From assembly GCA_964252035.1 (NCBI GenBank), contig OZ176201.1: DNA of 64,000 nt; one strand, given 5' to 3'. The first letter of the stretch is position 1; the number at the start of each line of letters is the position of its first letter. This DNA is from Podarcis erhardii. Taxonomy: Eukaryota. This document shows, one piece after another, positions 38,688 through 49,438 of this stretch. Made by a program: the position numbers and the translations under genes. Under the pieces are notes generated by a model. That model saw nothing but the letters and a program-made list of their open reading frames with translations. It did no database searches and was not told the origin of the DNA.

Positions 38688-38830
38688 TAGGGTGGCCATA
38701 TTTGTACTACTTCCTAGAGGCCTGTCCTATATCTGAAGGGTTGTCAGAGGACAGTCCTTTATTTGAAGGATGGTCTGGTCCAAGTCTGATTTAAATAAAA
38801 GAGAATGGCGAGACCTTGAAGTTGCCCATC
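38688..38830. mobile_element. Decayed hAT (Blackjack-like) fragment
   Basis: Begins TAGGGTGGCCATA, resembling the TAGGGTGACCA TIR; the right end is degenerate. Confidence 0.3.
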
Positions 38831-39230
38831 AATTGTTGGTGCCTGGATGCAGAGCAGGAACATTTGTCACCATCTTCCTCGTTATGAAGAAATACACTGT
38901 ATTTCTATTTAAATTATAGTAATTATTTCTAAATTTGCATCTGTACATATACATTAGCATATGAAAATTTAAAATGACTGTGTTCTCCTGTGCCCTCTTT
39001 TGCAGTTACTCATTTCATCTATTTCTGGTGCTGCATTAAGTGGCTATCTTATTTAACACCTGCCATTTTCTAATCACTGTGTTTCTAAGCACAACTGCAA
39101 ATGTCACTGTGAAGGCGGCTAACTGAAAGTAGGTCTAATGTCTCAGAGAGCAAGAGCCTGTTTCACTGTAAGGAATTTTAAGCCTATGTGTTGGAAACAC
39201 TTTATCTGAAGGCTATCAAAAATTTAACAG

Positions 39231-39430
39231 TTACAGATAGGTAGCCGTGTTGGTCTGCCATAGTCAAAACAAAACAAATTCCTTCCAGTAGCACCTTAAA
39301 GACCAACTAAGTCAGTTCTTCGTATGAGCTTTCGTGTGCATGCACACTTCTTCAGATACACAAGAAGTGTGCATGCACACGAAAGCTCATACCAAGAACT
39401 GACTTAGTTGGTCTTTAAGGTGCTACTGGA
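39231..39430. mobile_element. Penelope-like element derivative (pLTR plus inverted copy) with a 13-bp TSD
   Basis: TSD aaaaatttaacag at 39218-39230 and 39431-39443; ~70-bp inverted arms (39283-39352 / 39362-39431, 1 mismatch, 9-nt spacer); PLE-type sequence ggtagccgtgttggtc...ccagtagcacctt. Confidence 0.85.
39322..39359 (-). ncRNA. Minimal type I hammerhead ribozyme motif (PLE-type)
   Basis: Minus strand GTAT-CTGAAGA-A-GTGTGC-AT-GCACAC-GAAA-GC-TC-ATAC: stem I GTAT/ATAC, CUGANGA core, stem II, GAAA, palindromic AGCT stem III and an NUH site CUC. Confidence 0.7.
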
Positions 39431-39871
39431 AAAAATTTAACAGACAGCCAAAAGATGTTCCTAGTCTCAGTATTTCTGTCCTGCCCACTGGGCATAGATC
39501 CGATTCATATTTTGAAAATCAGTAACATTTCCAAATAATAGAGGGTAGGGGACACATAACATTGCTGGTGCAGTCCTCCTGTATCTATCATGGACGCTAC
39601 CAAAGGCAGTATAAAGTCCAGGATGAGCAGGTACATCAAACTATGGCTGTAGTAACATAGAAAATGTCGTTGCATCTCAGTACAAAACTGGAACCAGCAG
39701 CTGATTTTGAAAATGACAAAAATTCTAAGTATTTCTACCCTTTTAAGTAGATTCAATCATCTTCTTCTCTGCCTCCTCCCTCATTCTTTGCTTATGAGGA
39801 AGCAAGCAGGAATTGTCCTCCAGGCATCAATATTTCAAAACAAGAGACAACTTGGAGGTGTGTTTGATCAC

Positions 39872-40034
39872 CTGCATAGGCGTTGGCCTGTTGCAACAGT
39901 TCAGTGCAAGTATGCACATCTGCAAAGGCGCGAATACCAAGGCAATTCGTGGGATGGAGCTGAGATTGAAGAAAGTCACAACAGTTTTGTCGAACATCCA
40001 TTAGCTGTAATAGGCTGGCTGCTGGTAACAAAAC
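39872..40034 (-). CDS. KLHL3: KLHL3 exon 5 ([55 protein letters not shown])
   Basis: ctttcag|GTT...GCAG|gtgatc; 163 nt; ORF track 39792..40031. Confidence 0.97.
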
Positions 40035-42009
40035 CTGAAAGGCAGAGGAAAAAATGGCAGAGAATGAGCAACTATACTTCGCCTTCTTGGATAAATATTC
40101 TGTTGCAACTTGCTACAGCACAGTTGAGGAAGAGACAACGAAGCCATTTCAGAGTCAGAGGACAGACTACACATGACCAAAAAGAGAGATCTCATGCAGG
40201 CAGTCATCCTTTTTGATATCTCCCTTTCCCTTCAAAGAGGATGAAGATGTGGGACAGAATTAATAGTTCTGATATGTACGTCATAGCAAATCCACCTAAA
40301 ATTACAGGATTTCTCATAAAGATTAGTATATGGAGTAGGTGGTGTTCTTAAAAAAGAAGCTAGAATACACTGTGCTATTTTTACTTCTGCATTTTTGAAA
40401 TTATCCCTCACTGAATAAATCATTGCTCATTACCTCATTCTTCACAGCATTTTGATTTTACCACTATGTTCAGGCCACATTCCCCATTTGTTGTTTTAAT
40501 ACCGCACTGTAAGTGTGCGCAGCTTCCTTATGGTGTAGAAAGGGCTACACGTTATTGCCCTACATGTTTTACAAGCCATGAACATACATTACAAAGCTGA
40601 TACAGCCTCTAACCTCAGGAGAAATTATATACAGTCATTGTAATGAGCAATAACTTAACATGTACAGTAGTTGCAGCCCTCTTGAATACAAAGAATGTGG
40701 TCCTCAAGGTCAAAGAAGCCAGTCATCATAGAAACTTTACATCTCCACACAAAAAAAACACTTCTTTATGAACGGCACTGGTACATCAGCACCTGCTGTC
40801 CAACTTCACCATGAATCATTTTCCATTACAGGCAGCAAACTGTTAGTATATCCAAAGGGCTCATACTGCTGAAAGAATCATATCTGTATGTGACATTCTG
40901 GTGATGTCAATGATATCTACAGTACTGAATGAAGGCAGATTGAGAAGATGGCCTGGGGCACTTACATTTGTTTATCTGCCAGGAAGACTCCTCACCAGCT
41001 TTAGCAATGAAAAAGCCGTTTTTTAAAAGGCAAGGCCCTTTTAAAAGCTAAACAGTATTAATGTCACTCTTTCCCTCACTGCTAAATATGCATTTACTCT
41101 GTTGGAATCAAGCAAACTCATAAGCAGGTCTCCAAGGAATGATCTAGAAAAGCATGACAAATATCGTTAAAGACTTACCTTGCCATTACACTGTGTTGGC
41201 AAGAAGAAAACTGTGTTCATCCACTGCCTCAACTCACTTCATCCCAAAAGAACAGTAGTAAAACTGCAACGTGCCCTGGGGTGCATTCACTGTACTATTC
41301 CAGCAAGAAAAATCCAACCCAGCTGGATCACACAGGAATATTACAAATCAGTAACTTTTTCAGAGAATGCTAACCCCCAACAGGCAACAATAAAACACAG
41401 AAATTAATTAAGCTATGGGCTCTGGCTCCCAAACACTTTTGATTCCTAGCACAGATTAACTTAAATTAGCAAAAGGAAACTAATAACAACTGTTTCTTTT
41501 TTCCAGCAATTTCCTAGAACTGCTTCGGTGTATTGGAATTCCACTAATATGATACAAGTTTCAGTGTAGTTTTTGAACAACAGTTCCAAGTAAAGGGCAA
41601 ATTCACATCTATGCTAATTATCTGTGAACCACATAGCCCCGTTTCTTGCTACAAAGATGGCCTAGATTGCCTACCAGGGCAGTAGTTCAGGCTCATACTT
41701 ACCCTCCTTTTCTTGCGCATTCCAATTCCCTTCCTCACTTTCCAGTTTGTGAGAACTATGTCTCAAACCAGGTCTTTCCTGATCCACAACACTGGACCCT
41801 GTTATTACTGAACACCTGTTTTTATCTGTTTTTATCATGCTGTGTTATTGTTTTTATATTGCAGGCCACACTGAGACCTTTAAACACTAAGCGGCCTGCA
41901 TTGCAGGGGGTTGGAACAGTTAGAATTGTATAGCCGGAAGCGACCCTATGATTTAAAGGGCTTTCAAACAAGCATATAACAACTATAATGTTCTATGGCA
42001 TACAAATCA

Positions 42010-42240
42010 GATAAACTATGGTTAACTACAAACCACAGTTTGCATCCAAACAAGAACTGGAAACCACAGATCAGACTGGGATTCTGGTTTGTATTAAAAC
42101 TATGGCATACTATGATAATCATAGTTTGCCTTATATTCTGATAAAATGGCAAACTAGTTACTGAGAACCAAACAAAGAGAAGGAACGTGCGAGCGCACAA
42201 GGAATGGTGCCAACATCCTTGGTTGTGATGTCTGAACAAG
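42010..42240. repeat. Old interspersed repeat with recurrent aaactatgg / catagtttg motifs (probable DNA-transposon relic)
   Basis: Several degenerate aaactatgg, aaaccacag and catagtttg motifs; family not identified. Confidence 0.3.
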
Positions 42241-42816
42241 ACCATTGCCCCTCGGTTTTGCCATTCCTCCCCCCGCCCCGACCCCATATAAGAACAATAA
42301 TAATTAACTTTTAAAATTCCACATATTGCTTATATACTGAATGTGAAATTCTTCAAACGTTCTAAATTGTTACATAAATGTCTGGAGCCAAATGACTGCT
42401 GCTCTACAGCACTTGATACAATTATTCAGCCGTGACAGAAATTAAACTGGTTTGGGAATACTTGTATTAAATAGCAGAGCAGGGACCCCCTGGGACAAAG
42501 TGGCACTGGCCTGCAATGTTTCCACTAAAAATACTCAAAGACAGGCAGCAGCATTATCCAATGGTGGAAATATCTAAGCACATTATTTGTGAATCCACAT
42601 GATCTTTCAGCAGCAGGCCTGTCCATTAAAACAGAGTTCAGGGCCTTCAACAATTATATCAGTGAAGCATTCAGCCTCATCACTTTTCAAGTGCCAAATC
42701 CAAATTATCTAAACACAGAAGACTGCCATTGATTTAAGTTAAAGTGCTTTGACCCTGGATGCTTAACTTGTACCTAAGTCATTGTCATGATCTACATGAT
42801 GATCTTATAACCCACC

Positions 42817-43012
42817 AAGGAACATGAGAAACTTCCTTACCCCAAGTCAGACCATTGGTCCATGTAGCTCAGTAATGTCTACACTGACCAGCAGTGGATG
42901 GATCTCCAAGGTTTCACACAGGGGTCTCTCCCAGCTCTCCCTGAGATGCCATGGATTGCATCTGGAATCTTCTGCATGCAAAGCAAATGCTCTCTTACTA
43001 AGCTTTGGTTAA
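42817..43012 (-). mobile_element. tRNA-derived SINE with a CR1-type tail (Squam3-like)
   Basis: The minus strand begins with tRNA-like gcttagtaagagagcatttgctttgcatgcagaagattccagatgcaatcc and ends gagctacatggaccaatggtctgact...catgttcct. Confidence 0.75.
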
Positions 43013-43054
43013 TATGTTCCAAAATCTCAAAGGGCTCTGAGGGTTAAGTGAAGA

Positions 43055-43180
43055 TAGGGCAGCCAACATGGTGCTTCCCAGATGCTTCAACTACAACTCC
43101 TACCACCTCAACTACTGGCTAAGCTGGCTGCTGGGAATTGTAGACCACAGCATCTGTAGGGCACCAAGTTGGCTACCCCA
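43055..43180. mobile_element. hAT-type short MITE
   Basis: TIR-like tagggcagccaac / gttggctacccca; internal ccagatgc...actacaactcc / ggaattgtag...gcatctg palindrome. Confidence 0.7.
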
Positions 43181-43196
43181 ATGTAAAATCTTCTGA

Positions 43197-43545
43197 TAAA
43201 GGTACCCCTGACCATTAGGTCCAGTCGCGGACTACTCTGGGGTTGTGGCACTCATCTCGCTCTATAGGCCGAGGGAGCCAGTGTTTGTCTGCAGACAGCT
43301 TCCGGATCATGTGGCCAGCACGACCAAGCACTTTTGGCGAACCAGAGCAGTGCACGGAAATGCCGTTTACCGCCAGAGCGGTACCTATTTATCTACTTGC
43401 ACTTGACGTGCTTTCGAACTGCTAGGTGGGCAGGAGCTGGGACCGAACAACGGGAGCTCACCCTGTCACAGGGATTCGAACCGCCAACCTTCCGATCAGC
43501 AAGCCCTAGGCTCAGGGGTTTAGACCACAGGGCCACCCACATCCC
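43197..43545 (-). mobile_element. Sauria SINE, full length
   Basis: Reverse-complement homolog of 15451-15806, with B box GGTTCGAATCCC on the minus strand. Confidence 0.92.
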
Positions 43546-44213
43546 AAACCATGAATATAAGCTCTTAAATTCTCTCTCACTCTACAATTGCAATAGTGTA
43601 ACATTACTGAGTCCTGATTTTACACCAATGCTGTACAAAATCTTTTAAATGCACAATATTTTTGACCCCAGAATTCTAAATCTAAGCAGAGACAGCTGGA
43701 GAATGGAGAAAAAATTATTACCAGTATAATCACAGTATTTCCCACATATTATAGACTTACTCCTAAATGTGTGTAGAAAGCTACCTTAAACATCAAATTT
43801 GCCATTCAGTTACAATGTGACTACCCAGAAGATGCCCTCTTTAGGGAAGACGTGTAGAACATAATTTAATTTTATGAAGAAACATTGCAGAATTCTATTG
43901 TTGAACATAATGAATGGTTGTAATGATGGTGATATGACCTGATTTCCAGGCACATCCTGAAAGATCTCTAACTTCAGTTCCTAGGTAATCTTTTATTATT
44001 GGAGTCATTTTAATCTCACCTTTAAAAATGAAAAATTATGAAGGCAACTTACATAAGTAAAACACTAAAGCAAGTTCATCATAAAAACTATGTACAAAAA
44101 AAGGGAGAAAATCACTCATGGTAAGCCTTGGAAAATAATTTTTTTAAAATCAATTTATTGATCTCCCCAGGAAGGGAGCCACCACTAAAAAGGCACCTTT
44201 AAGCTCTCCTCAC

Positions 44214-44335
44214 CTGAACATTTTCTTCTGTGACCTCTATCTCAGCAGTGTAGATGTAATCAATCAGCTTACTTAAGGTTAGTCCATCAACATCTTTGAT
44301 CTCAATCTTCTTTGCTTTGCTTTCAGTCATATCTC
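44214..44335 (-). CDS. KLHL3: KLHL3 exon 4 (BTB: DMTESKAKKIEIKDVDGLTLSKLIDYIYTAEIEVTEENVQ)
   Basis: tttcag|GA...CAG|gtgagg; 122 nt. Confidence 0.97.
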
Positions 44336-45287
44336 CTGAAATTCAATTTTAAAAATAAATCCCCCCAAAAAATATGGTTTGTGTTTCTATTTCCCCCACC
44401 CTACCCCCTTAGGTTCAACTGAGCACGTGAAGAAATTTCTACCTATCCGTCTTAACAAAAACAAAAATAATTTTAGCACATTCTAAACAGTGATCCCATT
44501 TCTAGATGTCTAAGAAATACTACCAAGTTTATGATTCCCACTTTCAAAATTGCTTTTAAAAATCTGTTTGGCAAGTTAAGGCATCTCTGCTGCACAGCTT
44601 TGAGAACAGATAGCTACAGTTCATACAATTGAAAAGCCAATATTCTTTTCTTTTTTTAACAATGTTTTAAAGCAGCTGGCCCTGCTTGATACTCTTCCAT
44701 GAAGAAAGACAGAAATATTCTTTGTTCCCTTTTCTACATTCTTAAAAGGAACAGAAGCCAACAGGCTACTATCGTTATACTCACTCAATAGGATTGCTCT
44801 TCCTTTGAAGAAAACCTGTCTACAAAAGAAAGGAATTGGTAACTTGCATGTATCTTAAGATTCCATGCATTTATTTTGCAGCAGTACTTTCCATTGGAAA
44901 GTACGTCCATGTCTGTATTCCGTGACATAGCCTTCAAATGGGAGGTCTGTATAAGGGACAGGCCAGAATATCTGGTGTCCACTGCAAGTTGTACCAAATG
45001 TATGTACTTTTGAATGGCTTTTCTGTTTGTCATGTGTGCGAAACAATAGAAGTTATTATGATGGAAGTTGCAAATTCAATTAGTAGCTTTCTATTACAAG
45101 TTCTACTAGCATGATATTGTCAAGCTTCACAGTTCTACTCCTGTCTTAACCAAGTGGTAAGGATTCCCTACATTTGCCAACATGGTCGGATGGCCACCTG
45201 CACTAGTGATCCAGGGCAATTGACATTTGAGGAGGAAAGGCACTCCTCCAACCTGCAGTGTTCTATGGCTGGAGTCATCTTCTGAGG

Positions 45288-45422
45288 TAGTGATGGGGAA
45301 CCTGTGGCCCTCCAGATGTTGTTGCACTACAATTTCCATCACTCACCACTGGCCATGCTGCCTGGGTATGATGGGAGTTGAAGTCCAACAAGCTCTGGAG
45401 GGCCAAAGGTTTGCCATGTCTG
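45288..45422. mobile_element. hAT/Charlie-like short MITE
   Basis: tagtgatggggaacc...ggtttgccatgtctg termini; TSD-like ttctgagg / ttttaagg (6/8); internal palindrome. Confidence 0.75.
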
Positions 45423-45501
45423 TTTTAAGGAATACCATCCCCTGCTTTTTCATGTTGCAAAATACCAAGTGTTATTTATTTTTTTGAAAGATTGAAATAC
45501 C

Positions 45502-45706
45502 CATATCTCTCGTGGAGGAGGCACACATAGAAAGACCTCACATGATTATCACAGGGTCTGGATTGATTTATGTGGGGTTTGGCGGTCCTTGAAGTATGGC
45601 GGTCGTGAGCCATTTGAGGCTTTATAGGTCAAAACTATCACTTTGAATTGGGCCCAGAAACTAACTTTCAGCCAGTGTAGTCCAGCCAGGATCGGTGTAA
45701 TATGCA
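45502..45706 (-). mobile_element. L2 LINE fragment
   Basis: Homologous to 25780-25985 (ggaggaggcacaca...gccatttgaggctttataggtcaaa...ggtgtaatatgc). Confidence 0.75.
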
Positions 45707-46209
45707 AGCCAACTCAATGTATACAGTGTGATTGCTTAGTTGTGAAATATATACAGTCCTAGATGTAGGTAGCTGTTTGGGGCTGTAACAGAGGAGCTGC
45801 AATTGGTCCTCTTACTAAGAGGAAAAATTTGCAATCTCTTATCATTTGCACAAACTGCCACCCCATCCATGGAGGGAGCAGCTTGAGGGTGGGCGTTTGA
45901 GCTCATACAGCATTTATTTTTGCTGGCTCTTCTTTATAAGTGCTATAGAAAGAGAGAGTGCTGATGTCAGGCAAGGCTCTTTTGAGCTATTTGTGTATTT
46001 GATGTATTTGTACAATAGCTGAGTAACTCTAACTTTAGATCAGTTGTGCTTGAAAGCTTGAGTCTAGGTTTTATTAAATTGTTGTATAATTTCTCCTCTT
46101 TTCTGTCATTTTATGCAGCTGAAGGTCAGCAACTAAATCAGCACTGAACTGGCCTGTGGGCCAAACACTGAACTGAGGGGGTCACAGTTTTCCTCGATCT
46201 CATTCACTG

Positions 46210-46485
46210 GTGGAAGAAGTATGGTAATTGGAAAGGAACTGTTAGGGTGGCAGCCCCTGCCCTGTAGAACTGCCTACCAGTAGAGATTCAGCAGGAACCC
46301 TTCCTCCTTGCCTTTAGATGTCTTTCGTTTAGACAGGCCTCTACAACATGAATTTCTTTTATTTTAACCAATTAGAATTTATTTATGCCTTTTCACTGAT
46401 ATTTCTGTTGATTTTGTTTTTATATGCAGTATTCCCTTTTGCTATTTTTGTTATGGAAGTATAGATTATGAATTCATAAATAAAT
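46210..46485 (+). mobile_element. L2 LINE 3' end, decayed
   Basis: agggtggcagcccct..ctgtagaactgcctaccagtagagatt..tttagacaggcc, then a T-rich UTR and an (AAAT) tail. Confidence 0.55.
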
Positions 46486-46524
46486 GAACCAAAATAAAGC
46501 TGTCTCATACATGGTCTGAAAATT

Positions 46525-46675
46525 TGCCCATCTGGCCCACTGCAGTCTTCTCTGACTAGCAGTGGCTCTTCAGGGTCTCAGGCAAGGAGGAAGGCCTTTT
46601 CCTCCACCTGTTTAATTTAACTAGAGATCCCAGGGATGGAACATTCTGGCTACAAAGTACATGCGTTACTAGAAT
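46525..46675 (-). mobile_element. Decayed tRNA-derived SINE (Squam3-like)
   Basis: Weak similarity to 42817-43012 (gcccatct..ctgactagcagtggctcttcagggtctcaggca..gagatcccagggat). Confidence 0.4.
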
Positions 46676-48074
46676 CTTTCCTCTGTTCCTGCCATCTTAG
46701 GCCAAGAAGGACTGTGAAGAGGCTGTGTTACAAGTTCATACTGGCTTCCATAGTGAGTATTAAAAGGGAGAAGGGATGAAATAGGGGCAATCACATGTGT
46801 CACTGCTTGGCAACCACATAAGCATCTTTTAACTTAGTTTATTGTTAATCAAGAAGCAGAAAGGGATAATGGCATGGTAGCATGGCAACCACATGACTTT
46901 CACCTCCCCTGTCCTGCTGTTTTGAATTAAGATTAGTACAGAAGTGATTGCCACTGGTGCACCTTAATTTAAAGTGACCCAGTGATGATTAGGATTAGGT
47001 CCCAACCTCTTCCATCTTCACTCTGGGGCCAGAAGGTGTCCTTAAAGAGCCAGATCCACCAACTGCTCACTAATTTAGGTCCTTACCTACATTTCACCTT
47101 TGCAGGAGTCAACCTGAACAAGTAGTATCAGCACGGCTATTAAAATACACTTTAAACTAGCACCTGATACTTCTAAGGGCCAATTCTCACAAGACAAGCG
47201 TCTTACATGGAAGTGTTCTGATTTTTTAAAAAAACAAAACCCTATATGGACCCCACATGTTGCATGTCACATGAGATGAGTACACAGATGTCTATTTTGC
47301 CACTCGCCACTTAAACAAGGAGTAAAGTAACTATGGTTTGCAACTGCAATAGCTATTGTGAAAGAAGAAAATCCACACCTTACCTCAAAAGCAAGCTATC
47401 AGGTGTAAAATATATTAATGGTGCTATATACTTCCACAATTAAATTAATTACCAAACCATTTTCTGTAAAACAGTCATTCAGAAATCTGTGTTATTCCCC
47501 ATGCAGTGTCTTTTGTTCTCTTATAGCAAAATTCCTAAGGACTAGTTCACATGTTAAAGCTGCTACATACAGAGAGTGAGACAAAGCAAAGAAAGGGAGG
47601 CAAAGTAAATGTGGTGGTGTTTTTGCAGGAATCAGTGGCAGCACACAGGCTGAATCCCCACAAAATATCCCTCAAATCTCAGCCTCAGGCTCACCTACAA
47701 ACTTGAGCCCGGGCCCATGGCAGCCTTAACATGAAAATGGTCTCCATTATGGAGCTTACTCCGATCTTTGACATGCCTCACCAGTACAATCAAGTCTGGG
47801 ATGAATGCTCCTAATGCAGGATACGTTATCTGGAAACGCACACAAATGGCTGTTCACATAGTAAATTATAAACCTCATGTTTCCTTCCCCCCGCCCCACA
47901 TATAGAACACCTTTAAAAACAGTCACAGGTCTATACTCAAACTCTAATGGATACCAAATAGAACTAATCTGCATCTTAGAATCTGCACCCTACACTAGAA
48001 CCCAACACATAGCTTGACTCCAAATATATTTTAATCAGCAAATAACAGTTATTTGCTCAAACGCCCAAAGATAC

Positions 48075-48181
48075 CTGTAAACATTGCACAGAAATACGGA
48101 CTGCAGGCTGCCAGGACAATACGATGGGCTTCGATCTCAACATCTTCAGCAACAATCACCACATCACAGAGAAGCTGCTTG
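48075..48181 (-). CDS. KLHL3: KLHL3 exon 3 (BTB: [36 protein letters not shown])
   Basis: cttcacag|C...ACAG|gtatct; 107 nt; canonical BTB [12 protein letters not shown] motif. Confidence 0.97.
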
Positions 48182-49370
48182 CTGTGAAGACACCAAAAAG
48201 TCATGGTTTCAGAATGTGATTCCAAACTGCACTTTCTATATGCAGACTTGAAATGGTCTAGTTTCCTTGAATGACTCTTCTGCTATACAGCACTATTAAG
48301 GGGGATGGGGAGGTGCTTGCTGTAGCCTCTATAGGCAGCCCTCTGGAATATTCAGTTCATTTTTAATTAACAAACATGACAATTTAGCTAGATTTCAAGG
48401 TTATAGTCTCGCAAATCTTATTTCAATATGTGGGTGAATTCAAGATCCAAGTGTTCAAACATACAAAGAACTGTTAAAAAAAACTCATCCATTTTGATGA
48501 ATACTGAGCTGAATATATTTATATCTACAGCTTATGCAAAAGGTTTTTTTCCTCTGTAATTATGTGTAGGTGTCTTAAGACCAGTAATCCATTATTGGAT
48601 GTCAAGTAATTTCTAAATAAATGGGAATAGCACGAAGAAACATCTTTGGAGGGGCTTTGTCTTTGATTCAAAGCAGTTGGTAACACAGCAGTAGCCTCAT
48701 CAGTCTTGCATTGAGTCTCCTCCCTCTTCAAGCCCTTCCAAAAAAAATTACCCCCAAAGAGAACATACACTTACCTCAAACCTCCTGCATTGTCCTCAAA
48801 ACAAGAGGCTAGACCACACATGAATGGTAGAGAACCAGCGCCCCCCCACCAGATGATTCCCAACACTGCCATGCCTGCTACCAATAGGCCTGCTAGGAGG
48901 AAGAGACCATTTGTGATGGCTGCCAAGAAGCAGATGTTGGCAACTTATTTCCCTCCCAGCCTTTCTAGTTTGTACATGTTCCCTGTACAAGGAGTTTGCA
49001 AAGGGACTTAGTGGGCAGCAGCAGCAAAGGCCACTGTAGCTCAAATTGTGCATTATCTGCTTGGGGATGCCACACACAAAAAGGACTTGCCACTGGGATA
49101 TCCCAGGTGGAGAGGCAGCAGATACAGAGAATGAATAGTAAGAGCAGGCAACACAATAGAAAAGGGTAAGGAAACTCTCCTCCCTCCCATGCCCCATACA
49201 CCCCCCACTGACCCCCTAAAATAGCATCCTAGCCACATAGAGCACACTAGCCTCCAGCCACTAGGGTTCTTGCAGCACACAAGTCTAGCACACTACACAA
49301 CAGCTAGGGAAAGGAGGGGACTCCACAGGTTAAGCTAAGAAGGAGGCCTCTTGCTGGCTTTCCACTACCA

Positions 49371-49438
49371 AGGTCACCATGTCTGGACAAGGGTCACCAT
49401 GTCTGGACAAGGGCCACCATGTCTGGACAAAGGCCACC
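49371..49438. repeat. Minisatellite, 20-bp unit x3.4 (RGGYCACCATGTCTGGACAA)
   Basis: Units at 49371, 49391 and 49411, plus a partial unit at 49431. Confidence 0.92.

Noticed and set aside
39707-40216. 169-aa plus-strand ORF
   Set aside because: Antisense shadow of KLHL3 exon 5; no recognisable domain.
47340-47400. Near-consensus minus-strand donors (GAG|GTAAGG at ~47385; similar near 36890, 47085 and 56370)
   Set aside because: Less than perfect consensus and not followed up for a matching acceptor or in-frame ATG; such sites are expected by chance.
48790-49011. Plus-strand ORF MSSKQEARPHMNGREP...
   Set aside because: No homology or splice support; overlaps the better-supported minus-strand candidate exon.
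49371-49438. Regularly spaced 20-bp repeats considered as a CRISPR-like array
   Set aside because: Head-to-tail units without spacers in a vertebrate intron; an ordinary minisatellite.
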